A stretch of 64,000 bases of DNA, from the NCBI GenBank assembly GCA_030390025.1, contig CM059432.1, positions 123,940,001 through 124,004,000 on the forward strand, given 5' to 3'. Origin of the DNA: Squalus acanthias. Lineage: Eukaryota. This document shows positions 1 to 13,199 of the stretch, in pieces (position 1 is the first letter of the stretch; each line of letters opens with the position of its first letter). Below the pieces are notes generated by a model. That model had not been told where the DNA came from. It was given only the letters and a program-made list of their open reading frames with translations, and made no database searches. A program made the position numbers and the translations under genes.

Positions 1-759
1 CCAAAATACAAACCCCTACGCAAGGGTCATTTGCATCGACACAATATGACACAGTTAAACCTGTCTGCAATTTGACTGTTACATCTAAAGTTACCCAGAC
101 TCAATCACAAAACCCTTATTGCGATCTGACTGAAACTCACAAACTTACTCAGACTCAATCACAAAAGCCCCCTCTGTGATTTGGCTGAAACATACAATCA
201 CCACTCCCGATCGGCTGTCTCCTGGAGTTGATTGTAGGCCCGAATCTTTCTGTTCGCTGTTCTGCCGTCGGCTTCCCACGCCACTGTCTTCGAAGTGCTC
301 TTACTTTAAACCAAAACCAACTTTCAGTATTTCCTGGCCATATCAAAATGTGTGAATTGTCTCTAGCAGAGAACTCTTGATGGCTAATGTCCCTCGCAAT
401 ATTCATTGATTTGAGATATCTTTCTGACAATGCAACCCTCCCAAAGTGACTGCATATGCGAGGTTGTTGGTTTCTGTTAGCATTCGTATTCAAAAGGTTC
501 GAGGCCCGGCCCATTGTCTCAGCCTGCACTGAAACTAGCTATTCGGGGGCCATGGTCTAAGGTGGACAATGTAGCCCCTTAAGGTAAATGAATATGCGAA
601 TGTTCTTGTTCAGAAGCATTCGTATTTTAGATTGTCTGTGATCCAGTCGTCGTTTCGGCTGCAATGTTTGAATTAACCCTTTATTGCTGAGCCCTTTTTG
701 CTGGCTCTGCAGTTCTGGGTTTTTATATTTCATCGTCCAATTTTTATCGTTGGGGGGGA

Positions 760-1070
760 GGAACGGATCCTACAGCCCGCCAGGATTAACTGGCGTGTTC
801 CAGAGGAGACGTGCAGCATGGGGGAAATGTGTTAAACTCAGAAAAGCCTCTCAAAATGGCATTATAGAGGCAATTAAGTGCTGGTTAAGGGCCTTAAGGG
901 CCTATTCCGCCTCTTGGAGGCGGGATCGAAACGGGGTCTGAAAGCCTGCTTTTGGGAAAATTGCTCAGAGGCGGGCTGGAGGCGGGATCGGAGCTGCCCG
1001 CCATTTTTTGCAACTTTCCCACCTCACACGCCTCCAAACCCGCCTCCTCGGGCCTGGCAAAATCCAGCCC
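760..1070. mobile_element. Harbinger-type MITE fragment (one end)
   Basis: Ends in AAAATCCAGCCC (1059-1070), the same TIR as the complete MITE at 29263-30078, with similar subterminal sequence. The other end was not found, so the start is approximate. Confidence 0.55.
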
Positions 1071-2001
1071 TAAGTGTTCTTGGACAGATTTGTGTGCACC
1101 TTTGGAAGTGCTTTCATGAGTTGCAGTGAATGGTGAGTCATAACGGTACCCCAGCAATGGTGATGAGTGTGAAAGGAATGACTTGGGCATTGTAGGGATG
1201 CTTTATGGTGTTGGTGTGTGGTGGTGCCAACCTGGCGCATTATGTGGCAGCCAGGGTGTTCAGCGTCAAGTGAAGTAAATCTGGCCATGGTGATGCTATC
1301 CCTGGCTTCCCGGGCAGCAATGTAGTCAGGTGCTGATGCCCTCTGTCCTGTGCAGCATCAGTTAATTGCAGAGAGTGTTCTTGTTGATGGTGCTGCTGGT
1401 GAGCCTGGTGCTGCTGGTGTTGGGGCTGATCGTGGTGAGATTCTGAGGATCAAGGTGAGAGTGTTTCAAGGGCACCGATGCTGATGTAATAGATGGCAGG
1501 TGAGGTTGAGATGACAGAAGCGATCTGTCAATGGTGAGAGAGGTTGTTCCAATGAGGTGACACTGGATACAGAGTTTGTTCTAAACACTTGCAACCTGCA
1601 TAAAGCTCAATCTGTCTTCTAAATGCAGTAAGCAACAGCTTCTAACCTTGCAAAGTGAAGACCTATGAAATGGGAGCTTTTATAGACTAATTGCAGCTGT
1701 TAAGTTTAGAAATCATCCCATGCTGACACAACAGCCGACCTCCTTACCTGACGTGATCCCCGAGCAACAGGGAAGCCATTGGTGAACTCTAAAAATCCAG
1801 AGGTAAGCTTAAAATATTTAATTGCCTCTTAACAATCCAGCTAATGATCTAAATTGCCTCCCCCGCCGCTTGGTGTCGGGTCTGTTCTGCAATGACAGAC
1901 CCGACATCTGGTAGACTGGCGTGGAGGCGGGTTGACAGCGGGTTCCCTACCAGCCGACCCGCTACCAAACGCGTCCCCTGACCCCCCCAAAAATTCCGGC
2001 C
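1071..2001 (-). mobile_element. Non-autonomous Harbinger-derived fragment
   Basis: Minus strand reads AAREARDSITMARFT, similar to the transposase C-terminus DARDALINAKFT at ~39640. Right end is TIR-like AAAATTCCGGCC. Confidence 0.5.
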
Positions 2002-2034
2002 TTTGTGTCTGTCTTCGCGGAAGAAGACGCAAAA

Positions 2035-3729
2035 AACTTCCCGGAAATAGTGGAGAACCAAGGGTCCAGTGAGAATGAGGAACTGAAAGAAATTAGTATT
2101 AGTAAAAAAAAGTGCTGGAGAAATTAATGGGATTGAAAGCCAATAAATCCCTGTATCTGATGGCCTACATCCTAGGGTTTTGAAAGAGGTGGCTATAGAG
2201 ATAGTGGATACAATGGTTGTCGTCTTCCAAAATTCCATAGATTCTAGAACGGTTCCCGTGGATTGGAATGTAGCAAATGTAACCCCACTATTTAAGAAAG
2301 AAGGGAGTGAGAAAACGGGGATCTACAGACCAGGTAGCCTGACATCAGTAGTAGGGAAAATGCTAGAATCTATTATTAAGGACATGGTAACAGGGCACTT
2401 AGAAAATAATAATAGAATTGGGCAGAGACAACACGGATTTATGAAAGGGAAATCGTGTTTGATGAATCTGTTAGAGTTTTTTGAGGTTGTAACTAGCAGA
2501 ATAGGTAAGGGGGAACCAGTGGATGTGGTGTATTTGGATTTTCAGAAGGCATTCGATAAGGTGCCACACAAGAGGTTATTAAACAAAATTAGGGCTCATG
2601 TGATTGGGGGTAATATACTAGCATGGATTGAGGATTGTTTAACGGACAGAAAACAGAGAGTAGGAATAAACGAGTCATTTTCAGGTTGGCAGGCTGTAAC
2701 TAGTGGGGTACCGCAAGGATCAGTGCTTGGGCCTCAGCTATTCACAATCTACATCAATGATTTGGATGAGGGGACCAAATGTAGTATATCCAAGTTTGCT
2801 GATGATACAAAGCTAGGTGAGAATGTAAGCTGTGAGGAGGATGCAAGGAGGCTTCAAGGGGATATAGACAGGCAAAGTTAGTGGGCAAGAACATGGCAAA
2901 TGGAATATAATGTGGAGAAATGTGAAGTTATCCACTTTGGTAGGAAAAATAGAAAAGCAGAGTATTTTTAAATGATGAGAGATTGGGAAATGTTGGTGTT
3001 CAGAGGGACCTGGGTGTCCTTGTGCACAAATTATTGAAAGTTAACATGTAGGTACAGCAAGCAAATAGGAAAGCAAATGGTATATTGGCCTTTATTACAA
3101 GAGGATTTGAGTATCAGAGTAAAGACATCTTATATAGGGCCCTGGTGAGACCACACCTGGAATATTGTGTACAGTTTTGGTCTTCTTACCTAAGGAAAGA
3201 TATATTTGCTATAGAGGGAATGCAACAACGGTTTAGCAGACTGATTCCTCGGATGGGAGGATTGTCCTATGAGGAGAGATCGTGTAGACGAGGCCTATAT
3301 TCTCTCGAGTTTAGAAGAATGAGAGGTGATCTCATTGAAACATACAAAATTCTTACAGGGCTTGACAGGGTAGATGCAGGGAGAATGTTTCCCCTGGCTG
3401 GGGAGTCTAGAACCAGGGGTCACAGTCTCAGAATAAGGGGTCGACCATTTAGGACTGAGATGAGGAGAAATTTCTTCACTCAGAGGGTGGTGAATCTTTG
3501 GAATTCTCGACCCCAGAGGGCTGTGGAGGCTCAGTCGTTGAGTATATTCAAGACAGAGATCGATAGATTTTTTGATATTAAGGGAATCAAGGGATATGGG
3601 GATAGTGCAGGAAAGTGGAGATGAGGTAGATGATCAGCCACGATCTTATTGAATGGCGGAGCAGGCTTGAAGGGCCAAATGGCCTACTCCTGCTCCTATT
3701 TCTTATGTTCATATGTTCTTATGTTCTTA
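2035..3729 (+). mobile_element. 5'-truncated CR1 LINE (ORF2 RT and 3' tail)
   Basis: ORFs 2180-2881 and 3085-3624 contain [23 protein letters not shown] and SKFADDTKL; ends in a (TTCTTATG)n tail. Confidence 0.95.
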
Positions 3730-4268
3730 TACCCCAAGGCCAGTGGCCAGGTCAGCAGCTGCACCTGTATTTCCACGCCTATTTTTAGGCACCAGGCTTT
3801 GCCAAGGTTTGACCTGTGCCAGGACTGTGACTGGGCCATTCAAATGAGCTGACCGAATATATTCAGGCATGGCCCCATTAGAACAGGCATGGCACAGCTG
3901 GGTGCCAGCAAGGCAGCAGGTCCAAATTCAAGACCGGCAACTGGGCTGCCACTGGAGGCACGGCACATGTGCATGTGTCTGAATCCCTGATTTGCGTTCC
4001 CGGTATGCAAGGCTCTCCACTGGTAGTGCAATGTTGGAACATTACTCCTAATAACTTAAACATAAGCTGAAAGTGGTCCAAATTCCCAGTTTGCCTGGCA
4101 ATTGAACATTAAAATTACTTATATCCACATAACATTTGTAGTAGGATGTCCTAATTAGTAATACATGTGAATAGCCATAACTGGTGGCCATTGCACTCTT
4201 CTTCCCAGCTACTCCAATATTTTTCTGCTCCATTCCACTGTGATCCTCCTAAGTAATAACAACACATT

Positions 4269-5011
4269 GGGCCAAAAATTCATCCCGCGACGCGAGAGTA
4301 CGCACTGCGTACTCTCGCGTATTCGCTCTCCAATTGCCGGTTTTCTGCATGCCCTGCGCATGCGCTGAAAACCGGCACTTGGTCTTTTGAAAAGGGGGCG
4401 GTTCCTCGGTGCATCGCGTGCGCGCTACAGGCTGCGCGCACGCTGTGCACTTCATGCTTTGGACGCGCAGGTAAGTACGGAAGATTTTGGAAATGGAAAA
4501 AGGAGGAGTAAGACCCACTTTTAACAAGGTAAGTAGTGAATTAAGTATTTTTTTGAATTTTTTTTAACAGGTATATCTTTTTTAGAGACTTTAAAGACAG
4601 GTAAGTTTATTTTTATAACTTTTTAAAAGATTTAAAAATATTTCAAAAATTAAATTTTTTATTTAAAATGGTTAATTTATTTAACTATACTTATTTTATT
4701 AATGTGATGGTTTTTAAAAAAAATTTAATTGAGGTTTAGCTGTTATTTTGGGGGGTGTAAGATTCATAGATTTCACAGCACGCATGTGAAACTTATGAAT
4801 GGAAGATGGTGTGCTGCCATTGGCTCTAACTGAGTCACGTGATCCCACAGCTCGCACGAATTCACTACGCCGGTGGGATATGCAAGCACTGCCCAGCTGA
4901 TGTCTGGAACATCAAGTTCGTGCGAGCTGGATCTGAAAAAGCACAAGCGGAGTGAGAGATCACGGGGAAGCCTTACCCCCGCGGGAACAGAGCGAGATCA
5001 ATTTCTGGGCC
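4269..5011 (+). mobile_element. Harbinger-type MITE family B, copy 1
   Basis: TIRs GGGCCAAAAATT / AATTTCTGGGCC; aligns end to end with 9525-10266. Confidence 0.8.
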
Positions 5012-5208
5012 CATATCATTCCCTAACACGTCCTATAATGGGTTAAGTCCCAAACACAAGCAGTGCAAACTTCATCCAAAGGACAGTCTCACCTTCTAAT
5101 GACTATGTTGAAATCATGTGATACTAGGAAAAGAAGCATTGAAAGAAAAGAGTTAAAACCCTTTTATTAAAATAACAGACAAAGGAGTTTGAAAGAAATG
5201 CATTAGCA

Positions 5209-5368
5209 CAGTCCCGAGCGGCAGGAGCCTGAGACCGGAAGGAACGGATCTGGAGGGAGCACAGCGAGAGCGGAGCAGTTAAAAGGAGCAGTCCCGAGTG
5301 GCAGGAGCCTGAGACTGGAAGGAACGGATCTGGAGGGAGCACAGCGAGAGCGGAGCAGTTAAAAGGAG
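5209..5368 (+). repeat. 80-bp tandem duplication in CR1 5' UTR
   Basis: GTCCCGAG...GCAGTTAAAAGGAG occurs at 5211 and again at 5291. Confidence 0.9.
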
Positions 5369-5627
5369 TGGCAGCAACTCAACAGAGGCAGTTTTTGAAA
5401 AAGTGACGCCAGATCAAAAAAAGCGACATCGGCACAAGGGAAGGAGCTGATTGGCGAGTAACTGGTGAGTGTATTTTTTTTTTAATTTATAAGTTTATTT
5501 CTGCTAAGTTAGTTAATAGCCTATTAAATAGAGGGAAAGAGCTGATTGGTGTGTAGCTGTGGAGTGCTTTTTGTTAAGTTTTAAGTTTATTTCTGCTGGG
5601 TTAGTTCTTAGTCTATTAAATAGAGGC

Positions 5628-6571
5628 ATGACAGGGCAGCTCAGTCCTGTGGAATGCACATCCTGTGCCATGTGGGAAGTCCTGGATGCTTCGCGCAGCC
5701 TGGACGACCACATGTGCGGGAAGTGTTGCCAGCTACAGCAACTCGAGCTCTGGGTTTCGGAGCTTGAGAGGAGGCTGGAGTCACTGCGGTGCATCCACGA
5801 GGCTGAGAGTTATGTGGATAGCACGTTTCTAGAGGTGGTCACCCCGCAGCTTAAGAGTGTGCAGGAAGAGAGGGAATGGGTGACCGCCAGACAGAAGAGG
5901 AGGACCAGGCAGAAGTGCAGGAGTCCCCGGAGTGCATCGCGCTCTCCAACCAGTATTCTGTTCTCAGTACTGGTGAGGGCGATGGTTCTTCTGGGGAGTG
6001 CAGCCAGAGTCAAGTCCACGGTACCACGGGTGGCTCAGCTGCACAAGGGGGGAGGAAAAAGAGTGGAAGAGCAATAGTGGTAGGGGATTCGAGAGTTAGG
6101 GGAGCAGACAGGCGTTTCTGTGGCCGTAGACGTGACTCCAGGATGGTATGTTGCCTCCCTGGTGCCAGGGTCAAGGATGTCACTGAGCGGTTGCAGGACA
6201 CTCTGAGTGGGGAGGGTGAACAGCCAGAGGTCGTTGTCCGTATCGGTACCAACGACATAGGCAGAAAGAGGGATGAGGTCCTACAGGCAGAGTTTAGGGA
6301 GCTAGCAGAGAGATTAAAAAGCAGGACCTCAAAGGTAGTAATCTCCAGAATACTCCTGGTGTCACGTGCTAGTGAGCACAGGAATAGGAGGATAGAACAG
6401 ATGAATGCGTGGCTGGAGAGATGGTGCAGGAGGGAGGGCTTTAGATTCCTGAGGCATTGGGACCATTTTTGGGGATGTGGAACCTGTACAAGCCGGACGG
6501 ATTGCACCTCAACAGAGCTGGGACCAATATTCTCGCAGGGAGGTTTATTAGTGCTGTTGGGGAGGGTTTAA
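5628..6571 (+). pseudogene. CR1 ORF1 (zinc finger, coiled coil, SGNH esterase), frameshifted
   Basis: MTGQLSPVECTSCAMW...CGKC; VVGDS; CLPGARV; IGTNDI. Confidence 0.9.
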
Positions 6572-7851
6572 ATTAGCTTGGCAGGGGGATGGGCACCAGC
6601 ATATAGGAGTAGAAAAGAGGAATAAGGTGCATAAAAGAGTGAGTGCGTTGGATAGTACTAGAGAAGATAGTACTAGAGGTGGTAGTAGTACCATATTAGA
6701 TAAGTGCGGACTAAGAAAGACCAAGAAAAATTCAAAAATGGGTTTAGAATGCATGTACGTAAACGCACAAAGTGTGGTGAATAAGGTTGGTGAGCTACAA
6801 GCACAATTAGCCGAGTGGCAATATGATGTTGTGGCAATAACGGAAACGTGGCTTAAAAATGGTGAGGACTGGGCACTTAATATTCAAGAGTACAAGGTGT
6901 TCAGAAAAGATAGGGAAGGAAAAAAGGGAGGTGGGGTGGCAGTGCTGATTAAGGAAGACATTGTTGTGTTGGGAAGGGAGTATGTTCTTGAGGGGCAAGG
7001 ATAGGATCCATTTGGCTAGAGTTGAGGAGCAACACGGGTATGATCACACTATTGGGGGTATTCTATAGGCTTCCAAATAGTGAGAGGAGGTCGAGGAGCA
7101 AATCTGCAGGGAAATCGCAGAGATATGCAAGAGCTATAGAGTGGTGATATTGGGGGACTTTAATTACCCAAATATCAATTGGGATAATGCTAGGGTAAAG
7201 GGAAAGGAGGGGGAGGAATTTCTGAAATGTGATTAGGCGAATTTCCTTGACCAATATGTTCTTGGCCCAACTAGGAAGGAGGCATTGCTAGATCTGGTAC
7301 TGGGGAATGAAGTGGGCCAGGTCGACCATTGTCTGTGAGAGAACACTTGGGTACGAGTGATCATCGTATCATAAGATTTAGATTAGCAATGGAGAGGAGC
7401 AAGGACAATCTAGAGTGGAACTTCTAAATTGGAATAGGGCTAACTTCAATGGGATGTGAAAGGATCTAGCCAGGGTAAAATGGAACCAAAGACTGACAGA
7501 AAAAACTGTAATGGAACAATGGGTGATCTTTAAGGAGGAGATGTTCCAAGTACAGGCTAGGTACATTCCAACAAGAGGGAAGGGTACGGGAATCAAAACA
7601 AGGGTTCCTTGGATGACGAGGGAGATAGAAAAGATGATGAAACAAAAAAGAGGGTGTATGATGCATGTCAGGTGAATTCTTCAAGGGAGAACCAGACCAA
7701 ATACAATAAATTGAGAGGGGATGTGAAGATGAAAATAAGATTGGCAAAGAAAGAATATGAGAGTAGAATGGCGGTTAACATAAAAAGGAACCCAAAAATC
7801 TTCCACCGGCATGTAAACAGTAAGAGCGGGCTGAAGCCTATTAGAGACAAA

Positions 7852-8731
7852 GGGGGAAAAATTCAGTATCGCCCCGTTTGGGGCACCATTATCGGCCGTG
7901 CGCAAAGTTTAGTGCCTGGCGCGAATTATCGCCTCCGATTGCAAACTTGACTTTTATCGCCCCTGGAGGTGATTGGAGAGCTAAATCAGGCGCTACACAT
8001 CTGTCTTAAGGCGCAAAGGCCGATGAGCGAGGCGCTACCTCAGAGCGCTCGCGAAGCTCATGTGATGTCAGTCAGCAATGGAACACAGACACACTGGCTC
8101 CGGCCAGTTCTTAAAGGGGAGGGTCGATCTTGCTCTACATACACACCCTGCTCATTGCAGCCTTGAATCTCGGCCTGGAGAGACCTGTACATCAAATCTG
8201 TTGGAAAGAACAATGGAGAGACCCAGGGAAAGAGCTCTACTGCAGCCCCCATATTCTCTTCTAATTCGATGCAAGGAAGATCAAACCAGAAAGAAACTGC
8301 AAAGTGCTGCTCAGTACCCAAAACTCCTCAACACAGCTTTGAATATCTTCTGCAGTCTCTCTCTCTCTCTCAGAATGCGTGGTGCAAAAATTTTGCCGAC
8401 AAAAAAAGGCAGGAAGCGGTCGCCTTTAAATAGCGCTCCCCCAGTCCCTTCCTGACTGCAAAATGCTCCCCTCAACCTGTCGTTGCTAGCGGCAGGTGGT
8501 AAGACAGGGGGCGCCACTCAATATCCGGTCCGGGGCGTTGCACTCTCGACTGATGTCACGATCGGCCGGCGCAGGAGATCGTGGCGGTAGTGTTTAGCAC
8601 CACCGCAAAATGTCCAGTTAATTTCGTGAGCGGCGCAAAGATCGCCACGCACGGGCGCTAGTTGCTTTGCGCCCCATTCGCGCCCCCTTAAGGCGCTAAC
8701 GGGAGGTGCAATCCAACTGAATTTTTCCCCC
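7852..8731 (+). mobile_element. Harbinger-type MITE family A, copy 1 (inside CR1 ORF2)
   Basis: TIR GGGGGAAAAATTCAG / CTGAATTTTTCCCCC; 3-bp TSD AAA; removing it restores CR1 PIRDKEG. Confidence 0.92.
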
Positions 8732-9524
8732 AAAGAAGGTGATCTATGCTTAGAGGCGCAGGGCAAGGCTAGAACACTCAATGAGTACTTTGTATCGGTG
8801 TTTACTAAGGAGGTGGATGCTGACAAAATATCGGTAGAAGTGGAAAAGGTAGAAGCAATGGAAGGGGTGAAAATTGATAGACAGGATATACTAGAAAGGC
8901 TGGATATGCTTAGAGTGGACAAGTCGCCTGGTCAAGATGGCTTTCATCCCTGGTTGCGAAGGGAATTGGGGGAGGAGATAGTGGAAGGGCTTGTCATAAT
9001 TTTCCAATCTTCCCTAGAGGCGGTAGAGGTGCCTGAGGATTGGAAAGTAGCAAATGTGACACCATTGTTCAAGAAAGGGTGTAAGGAAAATTCTAGTAAA
9101 TACAGGCCGGTCAGTTTAACATCAGTGGTGGGTAAAGTTTTAGAAACAATAATCAAGGAAAAAATTAACGGGCACTTGGAGAGGTTTAAGCTAATTAAGG
9201 AGAGCCAACACGGATTTGTAAAAGGCAGATCGTGTTTGACTAACCTAATTGAATTTTTTGATGAAGTAACAGAGAGGATTGATGAAGGGAATGCAATGGA
9301 TGTTGTGTAAATGGATTTTCAGAAGGCGTTTGACAAAGTACCACATAGAAGACTGGTTAACAAAATTGAGGCTCATGGAATAGGTGGGTCAGTGGCAGCT
9401 TGGATAAGGAATTGGCTAAAGGACAGAAAACAATGAGTTGTGGTAAATGGCTGTTTTTCAGACTGGAGGATGGTAGACAGTGGTGTTCCCCAAGGGTCAG
9501 TGCTGGGGCCACTGCTTTTTTAAT

Positions 9525-10266
9525 GGCCCAAAAATTAGTGCCGCTACGCGAGAGTACGCACTGTGTACTCTCGCGTATTCTGTCTCCAATTGCCGGTTTT
9601 CTGCATGCACTGCGCATGCGCTGAAAACCGGCACTTGGTGAATTCAAAAGGGGGCGGTTCCTAGGTGAACCGTGTGCGCGCTACAGGCTGCGCGCACGCA
9701 GTGCACTTAGTGCTTTGAACGCGCAGGTAAGCATGGAAGATTTTGCACATAAAGAAAGGAGGCGTAAGACCCTCTTTTAACAAGGTAAGTAGTTAATTAA
9801 GTATTATTTTAAATTTTTTTCAACAGGTTTATCTTTTTTAGAGACTTTAAAGAAAGGTAAGTTTATTTTTATAACTTTTAAAAAGATTTTAAATTTTTTC
9901 AAAAATTTAATTTTTTGTTTAAAGTGGTTAATTTATTTAACTATACTTATTTTATTAATGTGATGGTTTTTTTTAAATTTAATTGAGGTTTAGCTGTTCT
10001 TTTGGGGGGGTATAGGTTCATAGCTTTGACAGCCTTTGCTGTCAAAACTATGAATGAAAGATGGTGTGCTGCCATTGGCTCTAACTGAATCACGTGATCC
10101 CACAGCTCGCACGAATTAACTGCGTCTGTGGGATACGCACACACTGCACAGCTGCAGCCTTGAAACTAAAGTTCGTGTGAGCTCGGAAGGAAAAGGCAGG
10201 CGCGCAGTGAGATATCGCGGGGAAGCCTTACCCCCGCAGGAAGGCTCCGTCTTTAATTTCTGGGCC
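9525..10266 (+). mobile_element. Harbinger-type MITE family B, copy 2 (inside CR1 RT)
   Basis: TIR GGCCCAAAAATT / AATTTCTGGGCC; TSD AAT; removing it restores GPLLFLIYINDL. Confidence 0.92.
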
Positions 10267-11227
10267 AATATATATAAATGACCTGGATATTGGAATACAG
10301 AGTAGAATTTCTAAATTTGCCAATGAACCAAACTTGGGGGGGTGGCAAACAATGAGGATGATACCAATCGACTGCAACAGGACATAGAAAGGCTAGCAGA
10401 ATAGACAGACAAGTGGCAGATGGAATTTAATACAGAGAAGTGTGAGGTGATGCATTTTGGCAGAAGGAACAGGGAGAGGCAATATACACTTAATGACACA
10501 GTTTTAAAGAGTGTGCAGGGACAGAGGGACCTGGAAGTTAATGTGCATAAGTCCCTGAAGGTGGCAGGACATATTGAGAGAGTGGTTAACAAAGCATATG
10601 GGATCTTGGGCTTCATAAATAGAGGTATTGAGTACAAAAGTAGAGAAGTTATGCTGAATCTTTATAAAGCGCTGGTTAGGCCACAACTGGAGTATTGCAT
10701 CCAGTTCTGGTCACCATACTTTAGGAAGGATGTGAAGGCCCTTGAGAGGGTGCAGAGGAGATTTACCAGAATGGTTCCGGGGATGGGCAATCTTAGCTAC
10801 AAGGACAGGTTGCAGAAGCTGCATTTGTTTCATTAGAGCAAAGGAGGTTGAGGGGTGATTTGATAGAGGTGTACAAGATTATGACGGGTTTGGATAAGCT
10901 AAATGGGGAACAGCTGTTCCCACTCGTTGATGGTACAAGGACTAGGGGATGCAGATTTAAGGTTTTGGGCAAGAGATACAGGGGGGACGTGAGGAGAAAC
11001 TTTTTTACGCAGTGAGTGGTGATGACCTGGAATTCGCTGCCAACGGAAGTGGTGGAAGCGGAGACACTCAATGTTTTCAAGGGGAGACTGGATAGGCACT
11101 TGAGGGAAATAAACTTGCAGGGCTACAGGGATAGAGCGGGGGCATGGGACTGACTGGATTGCTCTACAGAGAGCCGGCATGGACTCGATGGGCCAAATGG
11201 CCTCCTTCTGTGCCGTTATGACTCTAT

Positions 11228-12119
11228 GGGGGAGAAATTCAGTATCGCCCCATTAGGGCGCAATTATCGGCCGGGCGCAAAGATTAGCGCCTGGCGCTAA
11301 TTATCGCCACCGACTGCAAACTTGACTTTTATCGCCCCTGGAGGTGATTGGAGCGCTAAATCAGTCGCTTCACACCTGTCTTAAGGCGCAAAGGCCGAGG
11401 AGCGAGGCGTTACCTCAGAGCGCTGGCGAAGCTCATGTAATGTCAGTCAGCAATGGAACACACACACAATGGCACGGGCCAGTTCTTAAAGGGGATGGTT
11501 AATCTTGCTTTCCATCCACATCCTGCTCATTGCAGCCTTGAATCTCGGCCTGGAGAGACCTGCACATCAAATCTGCTGGAAAGAACAATGGAGAGTACCA
11601 GGCAAAGAGCTCAGAGTGCAGCCCCCACAGTCTCTTCTAAATCGATACAAGGAATGGCAAATCAAATTGAACCTGCAAAGTGCTGCTCAGTACCCAAAAC
11701 TCCTTCACACAGCGTTGAATCTCTCCAGAAGTCTCTCTCTCTCTCTCTCAGAATGCGTAGTTCAAAAATGGCACCAACAATAAAAGGCAGGAAGCGGTCA
11801 CCTTTAAATAGCGCTCCCCCTTTCCCTTCATGACTGGAGAACGCTCCCCTCAACCTGTTGTTGCTAGCGTCAGGCGGTAAGGCAGGGGGCGCCACTCAAT
11901 ATCCGCTCCGGGGCGATACCGGGGCGTTGCGCACTCGACTGACGTCACGATCTGCCGGCGCAGGAGATCGTGGCGGTAGTGTTTAGCGCCGCCGCAAAAT
12001 GTCTAGTTAATTTCGCGAGCAGTGCAAACTTCGCCGCGCCTGGGCGCTAGATGCTTTGTGCCCCATTAGCGCCCTCTTAAGGCGCTAACGGGAGGCGCAA
12101 CCAATTGAATTTTTCCCCC
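11228..12119 (+). mobile_element. MITE family A, copy 2 (in CR1 3' tail repeat)
   Basis: TIRs GGGGGAGAAATTC / GAATTTTTCCCCC; TSD TAT; flanked by TATGACTC tail units. Confidence 0.93.
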
Positions 12120-12793
12120 TATGACTCTACGACACATTTGTTTTTAATATCACACAGTAAGATTTAAACTCAATTATTACAAACAGAACCTCATGCACCA
12201 AAGCTTAGGAAAAAAATCCCATCTTCACCATATCTGCCAATCTTCTTTCTTTTTTGGAGAGTACTGAATTCACCCGAATGTGATATATTTTCAACACTGA
12301 CTGAATTCTGAAGGTAAAGCTACTAAAACCCAGTCAAAAATAACTTTTTCCTATTTCCACCTGCCTTGGATTTCATAGCATGAGATGAAGGATACCGCAC
12401 AGAAAATAATGTTTCACCTTGGGCTATTGATTCAATGTTTAAATAAGGTTTACCAGACTGAATGAAAAACCTTTGCTCAACACAGGACTGCTGTGCTAAA
12501 ATATTTTCTTTTACCCTTGTGAAGTCAGTTAAATTTGACTGTGAGGGCAAATTATTTCTTGCACAAGTGATTAGTTTTTTCTAAGACCCCTCAGAAACAA
12601 GCATTTTCATTGCCTCTGGCACTCCCAAGCAAAACCTTGGTACTCAGGGTGCAAACTCCACGATATACAGTAAGAGTAGCAGTTAGCCAGACATCGCAGT
12701 GCACCACATAACGTACTTGCTCCAATGATTGTGACTCCTCCTGACCCTTGTGCAGTCGTCTCTCTCTGACTATTTTTCCGCCCAATAATAAAT

Positions 12794-13003
12794 AACAATT
12801 GCATGTTTATAATGCCTTATTAGGGCAAAATGTCTCAAAGCTTTCAAAATAATGAACTACTTTGAATCGCAGTGAACTTTATGTAGGCAAATGTAACAGT
12901 CACTAAACATCTCACACACAGCAATGTGATGAATGACTAATCCATTTATTGTAGTATTGTTTGAGGGAGAAATCTTGGCCACGACTGTGGGAGAATTCCC
13001 TGT
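12794..13003 (-). mobile_element. Old Deu-domain SINE fragment with L2-type tail
   Basis: Minus strand resembles the DeuSINE body (CAGGGAATTCTCCC...TGGCCAAGATTTCTCCCTCAAACAA...CATTGCTGTGTGTG...CTACAT) followed by a TATAAACATGCAA-like tail; recognised from memory of the family. Confidence 0.6.
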
Positions 13004-13044
13004 TTTTCATTCACATCATATAAAAGGTAAGTGGATTTAGAGTT

Positions 13045-13190
13045 GACATGCACATGGCTAATGTGATCTCCTGGACTGGTTTCAATTGGCTGATGGGTTC
13101 AGAGCGATACTTTCCAGATTTTATTTTCTCTTATTGACCCTGCGTTTTTTCTTCTAGTTTTTTGCCTCTCCCAAGTGATTACATGTCTGC
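13045..13190 (+). mobile_element. 3' UTR fragment of an older CR1 family
   Basis: Resembles the reverse complement of 34760-34895 (GATCTCCTGGACT...TTTCCAGATTTT...TTTTTGCCTCTCCCA). Confidence 0.55.
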
Positions 13191-13199
13191 GAAGGATCT

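Larger units (their letters stand above)
6738..11153 (+). pseudogene. CR1 ORF2 (APE endonuclease-RT), multiply disrupted
   Basis: Fragment ORFs 6627-7004, 8798-9310 and 10420-10836; stops at 9308 and 10402; FADD motif mutated and frameshifted at 10316-10332. Confidence 0.9.
5209..11227 (+). mobile_element. Near-full-length CR1 LINE, inactive, interrupted by two MITEs
   Basis: 5' UTR, then ORF1 (Cys-rich N-terminus plus SGNH esterase), then ORF2 (APE YVNAQS/ITETW and RT), then TATGACTCTAT tail. Confidence 0.95.

Noticed and set aside
1..700. ORF 155-529, or a possible LTR fragment with a 17-bp direct repeat (CAGACTCAATCACAAAA at ~96 and ~150)
   Set aside because: No recognisable protein motif, and no termini or TSD visible within the window.
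11453..11895. Recurrent ORFs MEHTHNG... and MAPPALPP... as a novel gene family
   Set aside because: They lie inside MITE A, run through a (CT)n microsatellite and change length and frame between copies.
12190..12800. Possible minus-strand host exons
   Set aside because: Weak splice signals and no recognisable product.
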